Part shown: in pieces, positions 28,925-39,014 of the stretch
How positions within the stretch are numbered: the stretch's first letter is position 1
How the letters are laid out: every line of letters starts with the position of its first letter
NCBI GenBank assembly: GCA_038727135.1
Contig: JAVYWL010000001.1
Span: forward strand, 704,001-768,000
From: Candidatus Bathyarchaeia archaeon
Lineage (GTDB): Archaea; Thermoproteota; Bathyarchaeia; Bathyarchaeales; Bathycorpusculaceae
DNA: 64,000 nt
Direction of reading: 5' to 3'
The notes under the pieces: model-generated
The model's database searches: none
What the model was told of the DNA's origin: nothing
The model's input: the letters and a program-made list of their open reading frames with translations, nothing else
Position numbers and translations under genes: made by a program

Positions 28925-29647
28925 TTAACCTTCATGCTGTTGTGGGTGTTCGCATAGTCCTTTTTCGCCTATTTCTGCGTAACATGTGAATGGCTCAGCC
29001 ATTTTTCCCTTTTTCTCCACAATTACCCTAACAACTTTTGGATTTTCCGTTGGTTTCATTGCAACTATTGTGTTTGCCCAAAACTTCAACACCCTCGTGG
29101 CTACCGGTTCAATATCCAAATAAGCCTCGTCAAAGACGCTTCTAACTTGGCTTAGGACGAGAACTGCCAATTTCTGTGTTTTTGCAGTTTGCGCCAGCAA
29201 AGCCATCTGCCTGTTCAGTTCGCGGTTTAGCTCAAAGGTTTTGTCTGGTCTTTCTGCCACTTCCATGCGGTACAAGGAGGTTGCGGTGTCTACTACGACG
29301 AGTCCGAAGTTTTTGGTTATGTAGTTGGCTAGCTGGTCTATGACAAGGGCTTGTTCCTTGAAGCTTTTCGGTCTCGCAAGTATTATGAGCTCCGCCACCT
29401 TTTCAGCATCCTCGGAGGCAATCTGCGAAAGTCTTCTGGCGGAGAACGTGCCATCACAGTCTACAAAAAATGTTTTGAACCCTTGCTTTGCACAGCTGAC
29501 TGCACATTGTATTGCCAGGGTTGTTTTGGCTGTTTCCGCCTCTCCATATATTAGGCTGACTTCGCCTATGGTGAAGCCTCCTTCGAGGGCTTTGTCAAGC
29601 ATTTTGATGCTTGTTGGTATTTTCTGTAGCAATGGCACGCACATCAA
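28925..29647 (-). CDS. radB: RadB-like RecA-family paralog
   Basis: LDKALEGG, Walker A GEAETAKTT, VVVD Walker B, SQVR; lacks the RadA N-terminal domain. Confidence 0.75.
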   Translation of the reverse strand: MMCVPLLQKIPTSIKMLDKALEGGFTIGEVSLIYGEAETAKTTLAIQCAVSCAKQGFKTFFVDCDGTFSARRLSQIASEDAEKVAELIILARPKSFKEQALVIDQLANYITKNFGLVVVDTATSLYRMEVAERPDKTFELNRELNRQMALLAQTAKTQKLAVLVLSQVRSVFDEAYLDIEPVATRVLKFWANTIVAMKPTENPKVVRVIVEKKGKMAEPFTCYAEIGEKGLCEHPQQHEG

Positions 29648-29704
29648 TAGATATAAGGTTCGAGATAATAATTTGTTGTTGAAAAGCGTTACTAGGAAGG
29701 TTGT

Positions 29705-31639
29705 ATGAGAGAGAAAGTGGCGGTGGCAACTGTTTCAGGGAAAGCCTATTACCTAATAGTTAATGAGTTGAAGAAAGCCAACGTGCCCTTCATAAGCCTA
29801 ACACCCTACGAGCCCATACCCTTAGAGATAAAAGTCGTGATAACCACTGAAAAGGAGCGCCCCCACATAAACCATGAAAACGTCCTAATTTTTAAAGATG
29901 GAATGGACCTGCAAGCTTTAGTGAACCAGACACTGCAATTTATTGAGGGGAAAGAATCCTACGAGCAAATAGTTATAGGTGTTGATCCCGGCGAAGTTTT
30001 GGGCTTGGCTGTTCTGGCTGACGGGAAAGTTATTAGGACTGGAAACTGTTTTGGCATAAATGAAACGCTAAACGAGATAGAGAACATTATAAACAGCTTT
30101 AAGGATATTAGGGCGTCCATGATCGCCGTTAAGGTTGGTGATGGCATACCTGAATACAAAGAAAGGCTTTTACAAGCTCTTGATAAGAGGCTGCCCTCCA
30201 ACATAGTTTTGGAAAGCGTCAGCGAAGCTGGAACAGACCGATATATAAGCGACTCAAAGCATAGGAGAGGTTTAAGAGACATAGTTTCAGCCATAAAAAT
30301 TGCCAGAAGAAACGGGCAAGTTTACGCTAGGAGAGAAATAATGGACATAAACGTTGCATATGGAAAAACCCTACTAGTCGATGGACCAGCATCCGTTACG
30401 CTGGTTTCCGGCAAGGCTGAGGTTTTCGGCTATACGTTGCGGAACATGGAAAAGGTCGTAATAAGGGACGGGAAAAGAATGCCCTTCTTCGTAAAAGAAC
30501 CAGCAACCTTCAATGTAGCACTTGGCGAAAACGCAAACGTTGAGGAGGTTGATGGGAACACAATTCCCCCCTCATGGGATGAAGCCTACAGAGAGCTTTC
30601 AACGGTTCAGAAAAAACCCGCCATCGCCCTAGTGCTGGGAACAGTGGATTCTGGCAAGACGAGTTTCTGCACTTACTTAGTGAATAGGCTTTTAAATGAA
30701 AAGCACAAAGTAGCCATTCTGGACGGCGATTTAGGACAGTCAGATATTGGTCCTCCATGCACTTTGGCTTATACCCTCGTGTCACGGCATGTTACAGACC
30801 TCTTCAACCTAGAAGCCAAAAACGCCTTCTTCGTCGGCTTAACATCGCCAAGCAAGGCTGTGGAAAAAGTAATTCATGGACTGACGTTGCTGAAAAGCGA
30901 AATCTTGGATAATAACCCGGACTTTATTATTGTAAACACTGATGGCTGGGTAGAAGGAGAAGATGCGGTACGCTATAAGGTTCAGCTTATAGAAAAGATC
31001 GAACCAGACATAATCTATTGCATACAGCAAAATGAAAAGCTGAAACCCCTATTAGAGGCTGTTAAGGACTTCCGAACAGTGATTATTGATTCACCTCAAA
31101 CCATAAAACAACGGAGCAGAGACAAGCGCCGAAGCCTCAGAGAGCTGGGCTACATAAAATATCTAAAAAATTCAAAGGTTCAGTCCATACCGATGAGCTG
31201 GCTTAAAATTGAAAGCGAAGAAATTTTGGTTCCAGGCAAGAACTTTTTTGACAAGAGACGGGAAAGGGAAATTTACGACTTGCTGGGGATGAAACCCTTA
31301 TTCATGGTTGAGCTTAAGGACAGAGTCTATGTGGTCATTGGCAGAAACCGATGGATAAACCCTGAAAACATCAGAAGAACCGAAGAAGTCCTCGGCAAAA
31401 AGGTTGTGGTTACATTTAAGGGTGATGAGAGGGGCTTGCTTTTAGCCCTATACAACGACGAGAAAAAGTTTCTCGGCATAGGCGTTTTAAGGGAAATCGA
31501 CTACAGAAGAAAAGTCGTAAAAATTTTCACGCCAGTTTCCAGCGGCATATCAACGGTCGTCTTTGGAAAGGTGAAGTTGGACGAAAATCTGAAAGAGGTT
31601 CCGCCTCCAATAATTGAGGAGAGCGTCAAACCTCCCTAG
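29705..31639 (+). CDS. Fusion of an RNase H-fold (YqgF/resolvase-like) domain and a Clp1/Grc3 polynucleotide 5'-kinase
   Basis: IGVDPG..LGLAV.ADG N-module; GTVDSGKTS, DGDLGQSDIGPP, NTDGW kinase module. Confidence 0.8.
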   Translation: MREKVAVATVSGKAYYLIVNELKKANVPFISLTPYEPIPLEIKVVITTEKERPHINHENVLIFKDGMDLQALVNQTLQFIEGKESYEQIVIGVDPGEVLGLAVLADGKVIRTGNCFGINETLNEIENIINSFKDIRASMIAVKVGDGIPEYKERLLQALDKRLPSNIVLESVSEAGTDRYISDSKHRRGLRDIVSAIKIARRNGQVYARREIMDINVAYGKTLLVDGPASVTLVSGKAEVFGYTLRNMEKVVIRDGKRMPFFVKEPATFNVALGENANVEEVDGNTIPPSWDEAYRELSTVQKKPAIALVLGTVDSGKTSFCTYLVNRLLNEKHKVAILDGDLGQSDIGPPCTLAYTLVSRHVTDLFNLEAKNAFFVGLTSPSKAVEKVIHGLTLLKSEILDNNPDFIIVNTDGWVEGEDAVRYKVQLIEKIEPDIIYCIQQNEKLKPLLEAVKDFRTVIIDSPQTIKQRSRDKRRSLRELGYIKYLKNSKVQSIPMSWLKIESEEILVPGKNFFDKRREREIYDLLGMKPLFMVELKDRVYVVIGRNRWINPENIRRTEEVLGKKVVVTFKGDERGLLLALYNDEKKFLGIGVLREIDYRRKVVKIFTPVSSGISTVVFGKVKLDENLKEVPPPIIEESVKPP

Positions 31640-32296
31640 CTATTCAATTTTGGACGGGCATAATCTTTTAAGTGGGCATGGCTTACAGAGGGGTTTTATG
31701 GCTTTGCAGTATTTCCTCCCCAGCAAAATCAAGAGTATGTGAACCTCAAGATAGTCTTCGGGCTTGTACAATTTTTGGAGGGATTCGCGGACACATTCAT
31801 AATCCCCATCAGCGGGTGCAAGTCCAAGCCTCTTTGAAACGCGGTTCACATGCGTGTCCACAGGGATTGTTGGCTTATTCGCCGAGAAAAGCAGTAAAAC
31901 GTCAGCGGTTTTTGGACCAACACCCGGCAACGTCATAAGGGTTTCTCTTGCCTTTTCAAAGGGCAAAGCTAAAATCGTCTCGAGTTTTCCGCCAAATTTT
32001 TCCAAAATTATTTTTGAAACTTCCCTTATTATCTTCGCCTTGTTTCGATAGAGTCCAGCGACTTTTAGGCACTCCTCTATTTCGCTTGTTTTGGCGTTTG
32101 CCAAGGCTTCCGGGGTTATTGGGAAGGTTTTTGAGAGTTTTTGGAAGGCTTTCTCCGTATTTCTGTCAGACGTGTTTTGGGAAATTATCGTTATGATTAG
32201 CGTTTCAAAGGGGTTGTGATCTGCTGAAACCCATCTTGGCAAAGTGAAGTTTTCCCTTAGGATTTCAAGGATTTCTTCTGCTCTTTTATCGTTCAT
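31640..32296 (-). CDS. nth: Endonuclease III (HhH-GPD, 4Fe-4S)
   Basis: LPGVGPKTA, PVDTHV.R, C-x6-C-x2-C-x5-C. Confidence 0.95.
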   Translation of the reverse strand: MNDKRAEEILEILRENFTLPRWVSADHNPFETLIITIISQNTSDRNTEKAFQKLSKTFPITPEALANAKTSEIEECLKVAGLYRNKAKIIREVSKIILEKFGGKLETILALPFEKARETLMTLPGVGPKTADVLLLFSANKPTIPVDTHVNRVSKRLGLAPADGDYECVRESLQKLYKPEDYLEVHILLILLGRKYCKAIKPLCKPCPLKRLCPSKIE

Positions 32297-32368
32297 TTTC
32301 GCCTTCCTTTTTTGAAAGTAATAAATAGTGAATGCATAAAGCTATAAATACGTTGGAGAATCCCGGAG

Positions 32369-32758
32369 ATGGAGCGAGCCAAAGTTATTAAGGACGAGTT
32401 GGTTGAGCAGAACATCCATTTTCTCGCCGTTTACCTTGAAACGAAGAACTCCTGCCTAATACTTTTGAGTGAGAACGAGGATAGGCTTGGAACGCTAGCT
32501 ATAGCCATACCCAAACCTCCAGACACGCCGGGACTGCCCTCCTCATCTGTTATTCTTGGCAACAGGAACGTTATTTCAGCTCGCATGTTTGCCGAATATT
32601 TGGCTTCGAAAAAGGGCAAAATAGCTGTAGTTTCAGTCTATCTCGAGAAAATGGACGAGATGCAGGCACAAGCCATTTTTAAGCGGCTAATTGAAAGAGT
32701 CACCCTTGCAGAACCAAAAGTTGAAGGTTTGGAAAGCCGAGAGGGAAGCATAACATGA
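32369..32758 (+). CDS. Proteasome assembly chaperone 4 (PAC4/PSMG4)-like protein
   Basis: LGTLAIAIP...SS.ILG......A...AEYLA.K.GK...VS..L pattern recalls the PAC4 family. Confidence 0.55.
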   Translation: MERAKVIKDELVEQNIHFLAVYLETKNSCLILLSENEDRLGTLAIAIPKPPDTPGLPSSSVILGNRNVISARMFAEYLASKKGKIAVVSVYLEKMDEMQAQAIFKRLIERVTLAEPKVEGLESREGSIT

Positions 32759-34098
32759 GCCTTAGAACTTTTCTGGCGCAGATGGAGGAGAAGGGCGAAG
32801 TACTCCACATAAAAGAAGAGGTTTCCACAAACTTTGAAATCTCCTACATTATGAAAGCTTTCGACGCTGACGGTCCAATTCTCATGTTTGAAAACGTTGA
32901 AGACACAAAAACCAAGATTGTGGCTAACGTTTGCGGAACAAGAAAGCGCATATGCGAAGCATTAGGTGTTGAGCCGGAAGGGCTTTATCAAAAACTTTTG
33001 GAGGCTTGGCGCAGTTCTCAAAGGCCAAAAATTATTGAAGACGGCGCTGTTAAAGAGGTTGTTGAAGAGCCAGACTTGCTACGAATTCCAATTTTAACCC
33101 ATTTTGAGAGGGATGCTGGACCTTACATAACTTCGGCTGTTGTCCATGCGAAAAGCCTTGACGGAACCATTGAAAATGTGTCCATCCACCGTTTGCAGCT
33201 TTTAGACGAGAGGCATTTGGCAATACGCCTGGTCCCTAGACACCTTTATAAGTTGTGGCAGATGGCTAAGGAGGCAGAAGTTGACTTGGACGTGGCAATT
33301 TCTGTCGGTGTTCATCCAGCAGTCATGTTGGCAGCTTCCTCGCCGGTGCCCTTTGGAGTAAACGAATATGAGGTTGCGAATGCACTGTTAGGCGGAAAAC
33401 TTCAACTGGTGAAATGCAAGTATGTGGACGCCTATGCCCCAGCAGACGCGGAGCTCGTTTTAGAGGGTAGAATTTCCGCCTCAAAAGAGGTGCCGGAGGG
33501 ACCACTGGTGGACATTACTGGAACATACGATATTGAGCGTAAACAGCCAGTCGTCGAAATTGTCAACATTATGCACCGCAGAGACTACATTTATCAAGCG
33601 CTTTTACCATCTGGAGCGGAGCATAGGCTTTTGATGGGTCTCCCACACGAGGCAGCGATTTATGAGGCGGTTTCAAAAGTTGTGCCAAAGGTTAAGGCTG
33701 TAAACCTTTCGGTTGGTGGTGGCGGATGGCTCCATGCAATAATATCCATAGAAAAACAACTTGACGGCGACGGAAAAAACGCCTTGTTAGCCGCGTTTGC
33801 AGCTCATCCAAGTCTCAAACATGCCGTTGTTGTGGACACCGACATAGACGTTTTCAATATGGCTGATGTCGAATGGGCTATTGCCACCCGCTTTCAAGCG
33901 TCGGAAGACCTAGTTATAATAGAAAATGTGAGAGGTTCAACATTGGACTCGTCTGCAAACCAGGAGACGGGTTTAACTTCAAAGATGGGTTTGGACGCCA
34001 CCAAGCCACTGGCAAAACCCAAAGAGAAGTTTGAGAGAGCGCGGATACCAGCGAGCAAGCGTGTTGAAGAATTAACGAAGAAACTTCTTGGACGCTGA
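32755..34098 (+). CDS. ubiD: UbiD-family prFMN decarboxylase (possibly anhydromevalonate phosphate decarboxylase)
   Basis: DAGPYI, NVSIHR, EGP..D.TG.Y, VVVDTDID...VEWAIATR, LD.S, DATKP. Confidence 0.85.
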   Translation: MSLRTFLAQMEEKGEVLHIKEEVSTNFEISYIMKAFDADGPILMFENVEDTKTKIVANVCGTRKRICEALGVEPEGLYQKLLEAWRSSQRPKIIEDGAVKEVVEEPDLLRIPILTHFERDAGPYITSAVVHAKSLDGTIENVSIHRLQLLDERHLAIRLVPRHLYKLWQMAKEAEVDLDVAISVGVHPAVMLAASSPVPFGVNEYEVANALLGGKLQLVKCKYVDAYAPADAELVLEGRISASKEVPEGPLVDITGTYDIERKQPVVEIVNIMHRRDYIYQALLPSGAEHRLLMGLPHEAAIYEAVSKVVPKVKAVNLSVGGGGWLHAIISIEKQLDGDGKNALLAAFAAHPSLKHAVVVDTDIDVFNMADVEWAIATRFQASEDLVIIENVRGSTLDSSANQETGLTSKMGLDATKPLAKPKEKFERARIPASKRVEELTKKLLGR

Positions 34099-34148
34099 AG
34101 CGTCTGTTCACCAACGCGTCAAATTATATATGTGGGTTTCCTTATAGG

Positions 34149-34661
34149 ATGGTTGGTGAAACCTTGGAAGACGAGGAAGAAGCAGGAAAATCGGAAAGCC
34201 CACTTACCCTTAGAGTTGAGGATGTTATGGTTAGGGAAGTAATAACCATAGATGAAGAGTCGAGTGTTCGTGAAGCCGCAGAGGTAATGAACAAGTTTGA
34301 GATTGGCTGCCTAATAGCCGTCCGGAAGGGAAAAGCTGTCGGCATAATAACTGAAAGAGACCTCCTAAAAAGGGTTGTCGCCGAAGCCAGAGACGTTAAC
34401 AAAACAAAGGTTAAAGACGTCATGTCAAGTCCGTTAGTTGTTGTGGAGCCAAAAATGGAGCTGGAGGAAGCGGTAAGACTAATGTTTCAGATGAAGATTA
34501 AAAAGCTGCCAGTGGTTGATGGAAAACGCCTCGTTGGACTTGTAACCTTAACAGATATAGCTCGCTTCCAACCTCAAATGATAAAAATCCTTAAACAGCT
34601 CGCCATGAGACAAGCGGCACCGAAAAGCATGAAAAAGGTCATAGACTACTACGTAGTGTAA
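34149..34661 (+). CDS. CBS-pair domain protein
   Basis: VEDVM...GIITERD and VKDVM...LPVV...GLVT.TD. Confidence 0.9.
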   Translation: MVGETLEDEEEAGKSESPLTLRVEDVMVREVITIDEESSVREAAEVMNKFEIGCLIAVRKGKAVGIITERDLLKRVVAEARDVNKTKVKDVMSSPLVVVEPKMELEEAVRLMFQMKIKKLPVVDGKRLVGLVTLTDIARFQPQMIKILKQLAMRQAAPKSMKKVIDYYVV

Positions 34662-34773
34662 TTTTTTAGGCTTATATCCGGTGTTTGGCTAATGCTCTGT
34701 TTTATTGACACGTTATTTTTAACGCAAGTTTAAAATATTCAGAATCAGAATAAGAAGGCTACTGGGATAATAA

Positions 34774-35739
34774 ATGAACAAGAAAATATTGTTAGTAGTA
34801 CCGCTGCTTTTAACAATGCTGTCTACAGTTAAGCCGTCAACGGCACGCATTGACCACTTTGCTTGGATAAACCCAACAATAGGCGAAGATCTCTATTACG
34901 GGCGAACAGTAGTCGCCTATATGGAAGGGACTATCTGGAACATTTCATTAAGCATTTATAACGATTATCGTCCGCCGCCACAACCAACATACTTGCCCAT
35001 AAATGTCACTGCAATAAAAGTTTACTTTGATTGGGGCGAATGGTACAACCATACATTGGAGACCCCTGTTCACATGGACCCATATGACGTTAAGGTCTTT
35101 AACGTTTGGAATTATACGCCATCAGTCACTGTTGCGCCAGAAACATGGGTGCACACATACTATGTTTACGTGGAATTTATTGTTGAGGGCGAGGATGTTC
35201 CACGGATAGAGTGGTATACTTCCGGCAGCAACTTCGCTGTTATGTCAAGTGCGCATTTTGAATGCTTCAAACTTTACAACAAATTAAAAAATGTTATCGG
35301 GGGAATAGCTTCCATGCCGCTTAACTCCACCGAGGCCAGAATTCTCTTGGCTAAAGCCCAAATAGAGTACAACCTTGGAAGGCAATATTACACTAATGGA
35401 GCTTTTGAGGATGCAAGAATACATTTTGCATATGCCGAGACATACATGAACGAGGCTCTCGTGGTAGGAGAAGAAAGGGGAGTAGAGTTTGAGGATGCCA
35501 TGCTAGCCTACTATAATGCTATGGCAGAGTACTATAACGCTTTGGCGAACGCCACAATAAAACAGGCTGAAGCAGAGCTAAAACAAGCCGAAGCACAAAT
35601 CATACAAGCGAACGCCGCCCTAAACAACTCCTACGGGTGGATCTTCTTCGGACTTGGCTGGACGCTAATAGGCATAGGCGTCATAATCTACGGTTTCAGA
35701 AAAACGAGAATTCCAAAAACCGAAGCCAAAACCGCGTGA
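34774..35739 (+). CDS. Secreted, membrane-anchored hypothetical protein
   Basis: Signal peptide, beta domain, helical or coiled-coil region, C-terminal TM and basic tail. Confidence 0.7.
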   Translation: MNKKILLVVPLLLTMLSTVKPSTARIDHFAWINPTIGEDLYYGRTVVAYMEGTIWNISLSIYNDYRPPPQPTYLPINVTAIKVYFDWGEWYNHTLETPVHMDPYDVKVFNVWNYTPSVTVAPETWVHTYYVYVEFIVEGEDVPRIEWYTSGSNFAVMSSAHFECFKLYNKLKNVIGGIASMPLNSTEARILLAKAQIEYNLGRQYYTNGAFEDARIHFAYAETYMNEALVVGEERGVEFEDAMLAYYNAMAEYYNALANATIKQAEAELKQAEAQIIQANAALNNSYGWIFFGLGWTLIGIGVIIYGFRKTRIPKTEAKTA

Positions 35740-35832
35740 TATACCCTATCCTTTTTGCATTCTCTTTTTCCTTTTTAAATGTGTTTAAATAAGTTTTAGG
35801 CTATTTTGATAAGGGCGAAACGGCGGAACGCT

Positions 35833-36897
35833 ATGAAGAAGACTTTAGTGTTTAAGGTTAACCCCGAAAACCCCGAAGCCAAAACAATATGCGAAGCAGC
35901 CATCATCATCAGAAACGGCGGTTTAGTGGCTTTTCCAACAGAAACAGTTTATGGCTTAGGAGCCGACGCATTAAATGCCAAGGCTGTTCTTGCACTTTTT
36001 AAGGCGAAAAAGCGTCCTCTGGACAACCCACCCATAGTCCATGTTGGAAGATTCGAGGACGTCTACAAACTCGCAAGAGATGTTCCAGCAAAGGCTAAAA
36101 TCCTAATGGAAACCTTTTGGCCGGGTCCATTAACACTAGTTTTAAAGCGTTCAAATATTGTGCCAGACGTGACTGTGGCTGGTTTGGACACTATAGCGGT
36201 TAGAATGCCAAAGCATAATGTTGCGCTGGCCCTCATTAGAGAAAGCGGCTGTCCAATTGCGGCTCCCAGCGCGAATCTGGCTGGTAGGCCTAGTCCCACA
36301 ACGGCTGAGCATGTTCTCGAAGACCTTAATGGTAGGATAGACGCCATTTTAGATGCCGGTCCAACCAGAATAGGTGTGGAATCCACAGTTTTAGACATGA
36401 CCGTTGACCCGCCCCAAATACTCCGCCCAGGCGGCACACCCCGTGAAGCCTTAGAGGCTGCTCTCGGGAAGGTTGAGCTACATCCAGTTGCTGTTGCTGA
36501 GAAAAGGTTACCAGTCGAAAAGGCTCGTTCGCCGGGGATGAAGCATAGGCACTATGCTCCAAAAGCTAAACTAATTGTTGTTGAGGGTGAGTTTTCAGCC
36601 ATCGTTAAAAAAGTTATGGAATTGGTAAACCGTTATAAAGAGCAGAACATGAAGGTGGGTGTTTTAGCTACCGATGAAACTGCCAGCCTTTATAGGGCTG
36701 ACGTTGTGAAGTCCCTTGGAAGCAGAAACCGCCTCGATGTGGTTGCGAGGAACCTTTTTGGGCTTTTAAGGGAGTTTGATATTGAAGGCGTAAACATAAT
36801 CATAGCCGAGGGTGTGCCAACTGAGGGTTTAGGTTTGGCTGTTATGAATAGGCTTAGGAAGGCTTCTGGTTATAAAATTGTCAAGGCAAGCTTCTAG
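35833..36897 (+). CDS. sua5: Threonylcarbamoyl-AMP synthase Sua5
   Basis: [34 protein letters not shown]. Confidence 0.95.
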   Translation: MKKTLVFKVNPENPEAKTICEAAIIIRNGGLVAFPTETVYGLGADALNAKAVLALFKAKKRPLDNPPIVHVGRFEDVYKLARDVPAKAKILMETFWPGPLTLVLKRSNIVPDVTVAGLDTIAVRMPKHNVALALIRESGCPIAAPSANLAGRPSPTTAEHVLEDLNGRIDAILDAGPTRIGVESTVLDMTVDPPQILRPGGTPREALEAALGKVELHPVAVAEKRLPVEKARSPGMKHRHYAPKAKLIVVEGEFSAIVKKVMELVNRYKEQNMKVGVLATDETASLYRADVVKSLGSRNRLDVVARNLFGLLREFDIEGVNIIIAEGVPTEGLGLAVMNRLRKASGYKIVKASF

Positions 36898-36981
36898 AAA
36901 AATTTATATAGAAGTAATTTTTCGTGTGATTTTGCTGTCTTACACTTAACATGAAAAGTGGGATGAAGGGGGTGATGGTGC

Positions 36982-38628
36982 ATGGCGGCCATACCCTCTG
37001 GAACGGTCCCGGTTTTGGTGTTGAAGGAAGGAACCGGGCGAACCACTGGAAGGGAAGCCCAGAGAAACAACATTATGGCAGCCAAGATAATAGCGGAGCT
37101 TGTTAAAACCACTTTGGGACCGAAGGGCATGGACAAAATGCTTGTCAGCAGCTTCGGCGACGTCACAATAACCAACGACGGTGCAACAATACTGAAGGAG
37201 ATTGATGTTCAGCATCCGGCGGCTAAAATGCTTGTAGAGGTTGCTAAAGCTCAAGACAACGAGGTTGGCGATGGAACAACAACGGCCGCCGTCTTGGCTG
37301 GAGAGCTATTAGCGAAAGCTGAGGAGCTCCTAGACCAGAACATTCACCCAACGATAATTATTGAGGGTTTCAAGAAGGCCAGCGAGAGGGCCCGTGAAGT
37401 TTTGGAGAAAATGGCTTTGCCGGTGAGTATAAATGATGAGAAGAGGCTTATGGATGTTGCAATAACATCCATGGGCAGCAAGGGAATAGCTGCCGCAAAA
37501 GAGCACTTTGCAAAGTTGGCTGTTGAAGCCGTGAAGCAAGTCGCCGAAGAAAAGGATGGGAAGCTTAAGGCTGACATTGACCTTATCAAGATTTTGAAGA
37601 AGCACGGCAAAAGTCTAGAAGAAACGGAGCTTGTCAAAGGAATGGTTATCGACAAGGAAGTGGCTCATCCGCAGATGCCAAAGATGGTCCACAACGCGAA
37701 GATTGCGCTGTTAAACGCCAAACTAGAGATTGAGAAGACAGAATTTGACGCCAAAATCAACATTGAAAGTCCAGAGCAGATGAAACTCTTCTTGGACGAG
37801 GAGGAGCGCATGCTCCGTGAGATGGTGGACAAGATTGCAGAGGCAGGCGCCAACGTGGTGTTCTGCGAGAAGGGCATAGACGATGTGGCACTGCACTTCC
37901 TAGCTAAAAGAGGCATATTAGCAGTTAAGAACGTGAGCAGCAGCGACATGGAGAAGCTGGCTAGGGCGACCGGCGGCAAAATTGTTGCCAGCGTTAAAGA
38001 CTTAACGCCGGATGTGCTTGGCGAGGCGAAACTCGTCGAGGAGGTCAAAATAGGCGAGGACAAACTGGTCTATGTGCGGGAGTGCAAGAATCCAAAGGCC
38101 GTCACAATAGTAGTTAGAGGCGGAACAGAACACGTGGTCGACGAGGCTGAACGCTCACTGCACGACGCACTGTGCGTTGTAAGAAACGCCATCGAAGACG
38201 GAAAAATTGTGCCCGGAGGCGGCGCACCAGAAGCCGAAGTGGCAAAGCAGCTTAGGGACTATGCTGTGAAGGTTGGTGGACGAGAACAATTAGCTATAGA
38301 GGCTTTTGCCGATGCTGTTGAGTCTATACCGTTGACTTTGGCTGAAAACGCTGGATTAGACCCGGTTGACATCATGGTCGCATTAAGGGCGGCACACGAA
38401 AGTGCTTCATCACCGTCCTTTGGTGTTGATGTTTTCACCGGCAAGATTAGGGACATGCTAGAACTAAACGTTGTAGAACCATTAAGGGTCAAGCTTCAAG
38501 TCATAAAGTCCGCCACTGAAGCGGCAAACATGATACTGAAGATTGACGATGTAATAGCAGCGAAGGGTATTGAGAAGGAGAAGGAAAAGGAGAAAGAGAA
38601 ACCCAAAGAAACATCAGAGTTCGAGTAA
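36982..38628 (+). CDS. ths: Thermosome (group II chaperonin) subunit
   Basis: [27 protein letters not shown]. Confidence 0.97.
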   Translation: MAAIPSGTVPVLVLKEGTGRTTGREAQRNNIMAAKIIAELVKTTLGPKGMDKMLVSSFGDVTITNDGATILKEIDVQHPAAKMLVEVAKAQDNEVGDGTTTAAVLAGELLAKAEELLDQNIHPTIIIEGFKKASERAREVLEKMALPVSINDEKRLMDVAITSMGSKGIAAAKEHFAKLAVEAVKQVAEEKDGKLKADIDLIKILKKHGKSLEETELVKGMVIDKEVAHPQMPKMVHNAKIALLNAKLEIEKTEFDAKINIESPEQMKLFLDEEERMLREMVDKIAEAGANVVFCEKGIDDVALHFLAKRGILAVKNVSSSDMEKLARATGGKIVASVKDLTPDVLGEAKLVEEVKIGEDKLVYVRECKNPKAVTIVVRGGTEHVVDEAERSLHDALCVVRNAIEDGKIVPGGGAPEAEVAKQLRDYAVKVGGREQLAIEAFADAVESIPLTLAENAGLDPVDIMVALRAAHESASSPSFGVDVFTGKIRDMLELNVVEPLRVKLQVIKSATEAANMILKIDDVIAAKGIEKEKEKEKEKPKETSEFE

Positions 38629-38645
38629 ACCCAAAATCTCCAAAA

Positions 38646-39011
38646 CTATTTTTCTTTCCAGAGCTCTCTGAAAGCATCGGTCCACAGTAGGCTTTCTAAT
38701 GATGCTTGTTCAATAACGTCTCTCCATTTTCGCTCTATTTTTCTCCACTCATTGTCTTCCTTAATTTTTTTGAAAAATTCCTCCATGTCATGCAGATCTG
38801 CGAACTCATGCATTAGGACATATTTTCCCGGTGGTTTGCCACCTATACTTTGTCTGAAACAACGCAGAGACCTGATAAGCTTGAAGGTTTCCGGATGCTT
38901 GCTTCCATATTGGAGGATCTGTTTTACGATATCTTCGTTTTCCGCTTCTTTGCCCTTAACAACCGTCCACATATCTAGAAGGAAAATCGCTATAAAACAT
39001 CCCTCCTTCAA
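38646..39011 (-). CDS. Hypothetical protein, dimeric alpha-beta barrel (NIPSNAP-like); last gene of hut operon
   Basis: W.V..GK...YVLMHEF.DL.DMEEF pattern; 3 nt from the hutU stop. Confidence 0.55.
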   Translation of the reverse strand: MKEGCFIAIFLLDMWTVVKGKEAENEDIVKQILQYGSKHPETFKLIRSLRCFRQSIGGKPPGKYVLMHEFADLHDMEEFFKKIKEDNEWRKIERKWRDVIEQASLESLLWTDAFRELWKEK

Positions 39012-39014
39012 CGC

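Noticed and set aside
38570-38610. Purine-rich gagaag repeats at thermosome 3' ends
   Set aside because: Simply encode the low-complexity KEKE tails
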